Below are positions 62,552 through 64,000 of a DNA stretch of 64,000 nt, piece after piece. The DNA comes from an uncultured cyanobacterium. Lineage in GTDB: Bacteria; Cyanobacteriota; Cyanobacteriia; Cyanobacteriales; Nostocaceae. Within the stretch, counting starts at the first letter, position 1. Every line of letters starts with the position of its first letter. The stretch spans positions 2,080,001 through 2,144,000 of the forward strand of contig OY970166.1 in assembly GCA_963706595.1 (NCBI GenBank). Direction: 5' to 3'. A program made the position numbers and the translations under genes. The notes under the pieces are model-generated. The model did not search any database. It worked only from the letters and a program-made list of their open reading frames with translations, and was not told where the DNA came from.

Positions 62552-63571
62552 TTAATCTGACCAGCGATGTCCCTCACCTTCTCTTTCCAAAAATTCTTTG
62601 AGTTTGTTCCTGTGTAGTTGTTGATATTCATCCAAACTCAACTGATTAACAATAATGCCAGAATCAATAGCAGGATCTAAATTTTTACCCTCAAGAAATG
62701 TTGCGATCTCGTCATGTACCCTTGGGTAATAGTGACTACCATCATAGGTGTTATCAGTACGCGTAGTTATTTCTGAAGGAAGAGAAAAGTCATAAGTTAT
62801 ATCAAAGCTTTTTGCAGCTTCATAAATGCCCTGTAGTTGACAGTTTAAAACGCCACGGGCGTAGATATCATTAAATGTTGTCCAGACAGAAACTGGGGAT
62901 ATATAACCAACTATCTCAGCATCGGGGAATATGCCACGTATTTGTTTGTAATAAACAGTGCGGGAAAAATTACATTTTTCGTTAGTTTTTTTATTGGAAA
63001 ATTTAGGCTTATATTTAGGGATGTGTGCAAAAACTTTTCCTTGAAAATTTTGATCATAAAATCTAGAATCTGGTAATTCACCCCTAATTATTCTTAGGGA
63101 AAATCTCAAAGTGTCTAACGATAAAAAGTAGGGCTGATACAAAGGAACTGGTTTTTTAATTTCAACATTACGCTTAAATGGTGTCGCCTTAATGTTTGAG
63201 GGAATAAAGTTAAATCCATCAATACCCACATATACTTTTTTAGGGTAAATTCCAATTGATTTGACATATTCTCCATATACAATGAATTCTTCAGCAGTTC
63301 CTGCACTAAAAGAGTAATTAAAACAGGTATTTTTTTTTAAGGATTTATTGTCTAATAAAGTTAATCGTGAGCTACCTAAAATTAGGCAATCATATTCTTT
63401 ATCACTGTTTAACAGTAAGTTGGTTTTAGTCAACCGTTCATTGAAAATAGAATTAACTTTTGTTAATTTGTTGCCTTTTCCGTACCAAAGTGGATCAATA
63501 GCAAGGTTAATTGAGCCAACAATTGATAAGAGCAAACCGACAAAACCAAAATATATTTTTAAATACCCCAT
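62552..63571 (-). CDS. Membrane-anchored SGNH-like partner of the MBOAT acyltransferase
   Basis: N-terminal TM segment with IDP, ILGSSR and YDGSHY motifs. It lies directly downstream of the MBOAT gene. Confidence 0.6.
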   Translation of the reverse strand: MGYLKIYFGFVGLLLSIVGSINLAIDPLWYGKGNKLTKVNSIFNERLTKTNLLLNSDKEYDCLILGSSRLTLLDNKSLKKNTCFNYSFSAGTAEEFIVYGEYVKSIGIYPKKVYVGIDGFNFIPSNIKATPFKRNVEIKKPVPLYQPYFLSLDTLRFSLRIIRGELPDSRFYDQNFQGKVFAHIPKYKPKFSNKKTNEKCNFSRTVYYKQIRGIFPDAEIVGYISPVSVWTTFNDIYARGVLNCQLQGIYEAAKSFDITYDFSLPSEITTRTDNTYDGSHYYPRVHDEIATFLEGKNLDPAIDSGIIVNQLSLDEYQQLHRNKLKEFLEREGEGHRWSD

Positions 63572-63582
63572 AATACTTGTCC

Positions 63583-64000
63583 TTAAAACTGAAAATATAA
63601 GAACTCGCCAACTTTGGTTAGGTGTAAAAGTGAAATTGCGGTTAAAATGGCTGTCACCACAGCGTAAAAGCCGTTAGGATACCACTGCAACTTAGACCAA
63701 AACAGATGATTGGATGATAATTTCTGGAGCTTCTCATAGTGCAGAACAGGAGCATATCTGCTCATCCACTCTTGAGTATTGGGCGTAAACCAAGTAATTG
63801 CAAGCAAGATAAAAGACTCAATAATGGCTGTTTTGATACTTGATTTAATAATTGTCGGACTTGATAATAAACCGTTAAAACCGAGCATACCCTTAACAAT
63901 AACAAAGGCTGTACCCATGTTTTCCGCCCTGAAAAATACCCACCCAAACACAACCGCTATAAACGTTATCAGCCAAGCAATTTTTAGACTTAGCCAATTA
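63583..64000 (-). CDS. MBOAT family O-acyltransferase (AlgI-like), 3' part
   Basis: GWVFFRAE, PNTQE and the terminal EFLYFQF. Confidence 0.88.
   Translation of the reverse strand, partial: NWLSLKIAWLITFIAVVFGWVFFRAENMGTAFVIVKGMLGFNGLLSSPTIIKSSIKTAIIESFILLAITWFTPNTQEWMSRYAPVLHYEKLQKLSSNHLFWSKLQWYPNGFYAVVTAILTAISLLHLTKVGEFLYFQF

Overview
This is chromosomal DNA from a filamentous heterocyst-type cyanobacterium (Nostocales-like), judged from frequent HIP1 GCGATCGC octamers, STRR heptamer repeats and xisI. 1-7.5 kb: partial sensor kinase, LD-carboxypeptidase, a multiply frameshifted Hsp70-like gene, uvsE, Uma2, a pentapeptide protein and a Fur regulator with Fur-box-like sites. 7.7-35.4 kb: a large surface-polysaccharide locus (wzc, wzm/wzt, a Wzy-like polymerase, about 12 glycosyltransferases, cysC, a pyruvyl transferase, WcaF, YdcF and an embedded RTX Ca-binding protein). 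35.4-41 kb: small conserved genes and a phosphoketolase-family gene. 41.0-48.8 kb is the most notable region. It is an AT-rich defence/toxin-antitoxin island led by a dual-OB + DUF488 + DUF488 operon. At least six copies of one GTAG-type REP/REPIN element separate its modules (PIN, ParD, HicBA, REase + TOPRIM-like, RelE, MazF), and it shows module shuffling, a chimeric antitoxin pair and deletion scars. After the island come a stand-alone psaJ missing from the ORF track, an amidase, ribBA, argC, eno, a second HicBA, an NB-ARC ATPase divergent from two SHOCT genes, orphan xisI, gloA, clpB and the 3' end of an MBOAT locus. No rRNA, tRNA, CRISPR array or transposase was seen. All family calls come from motif recognition by eye, not from database searches.
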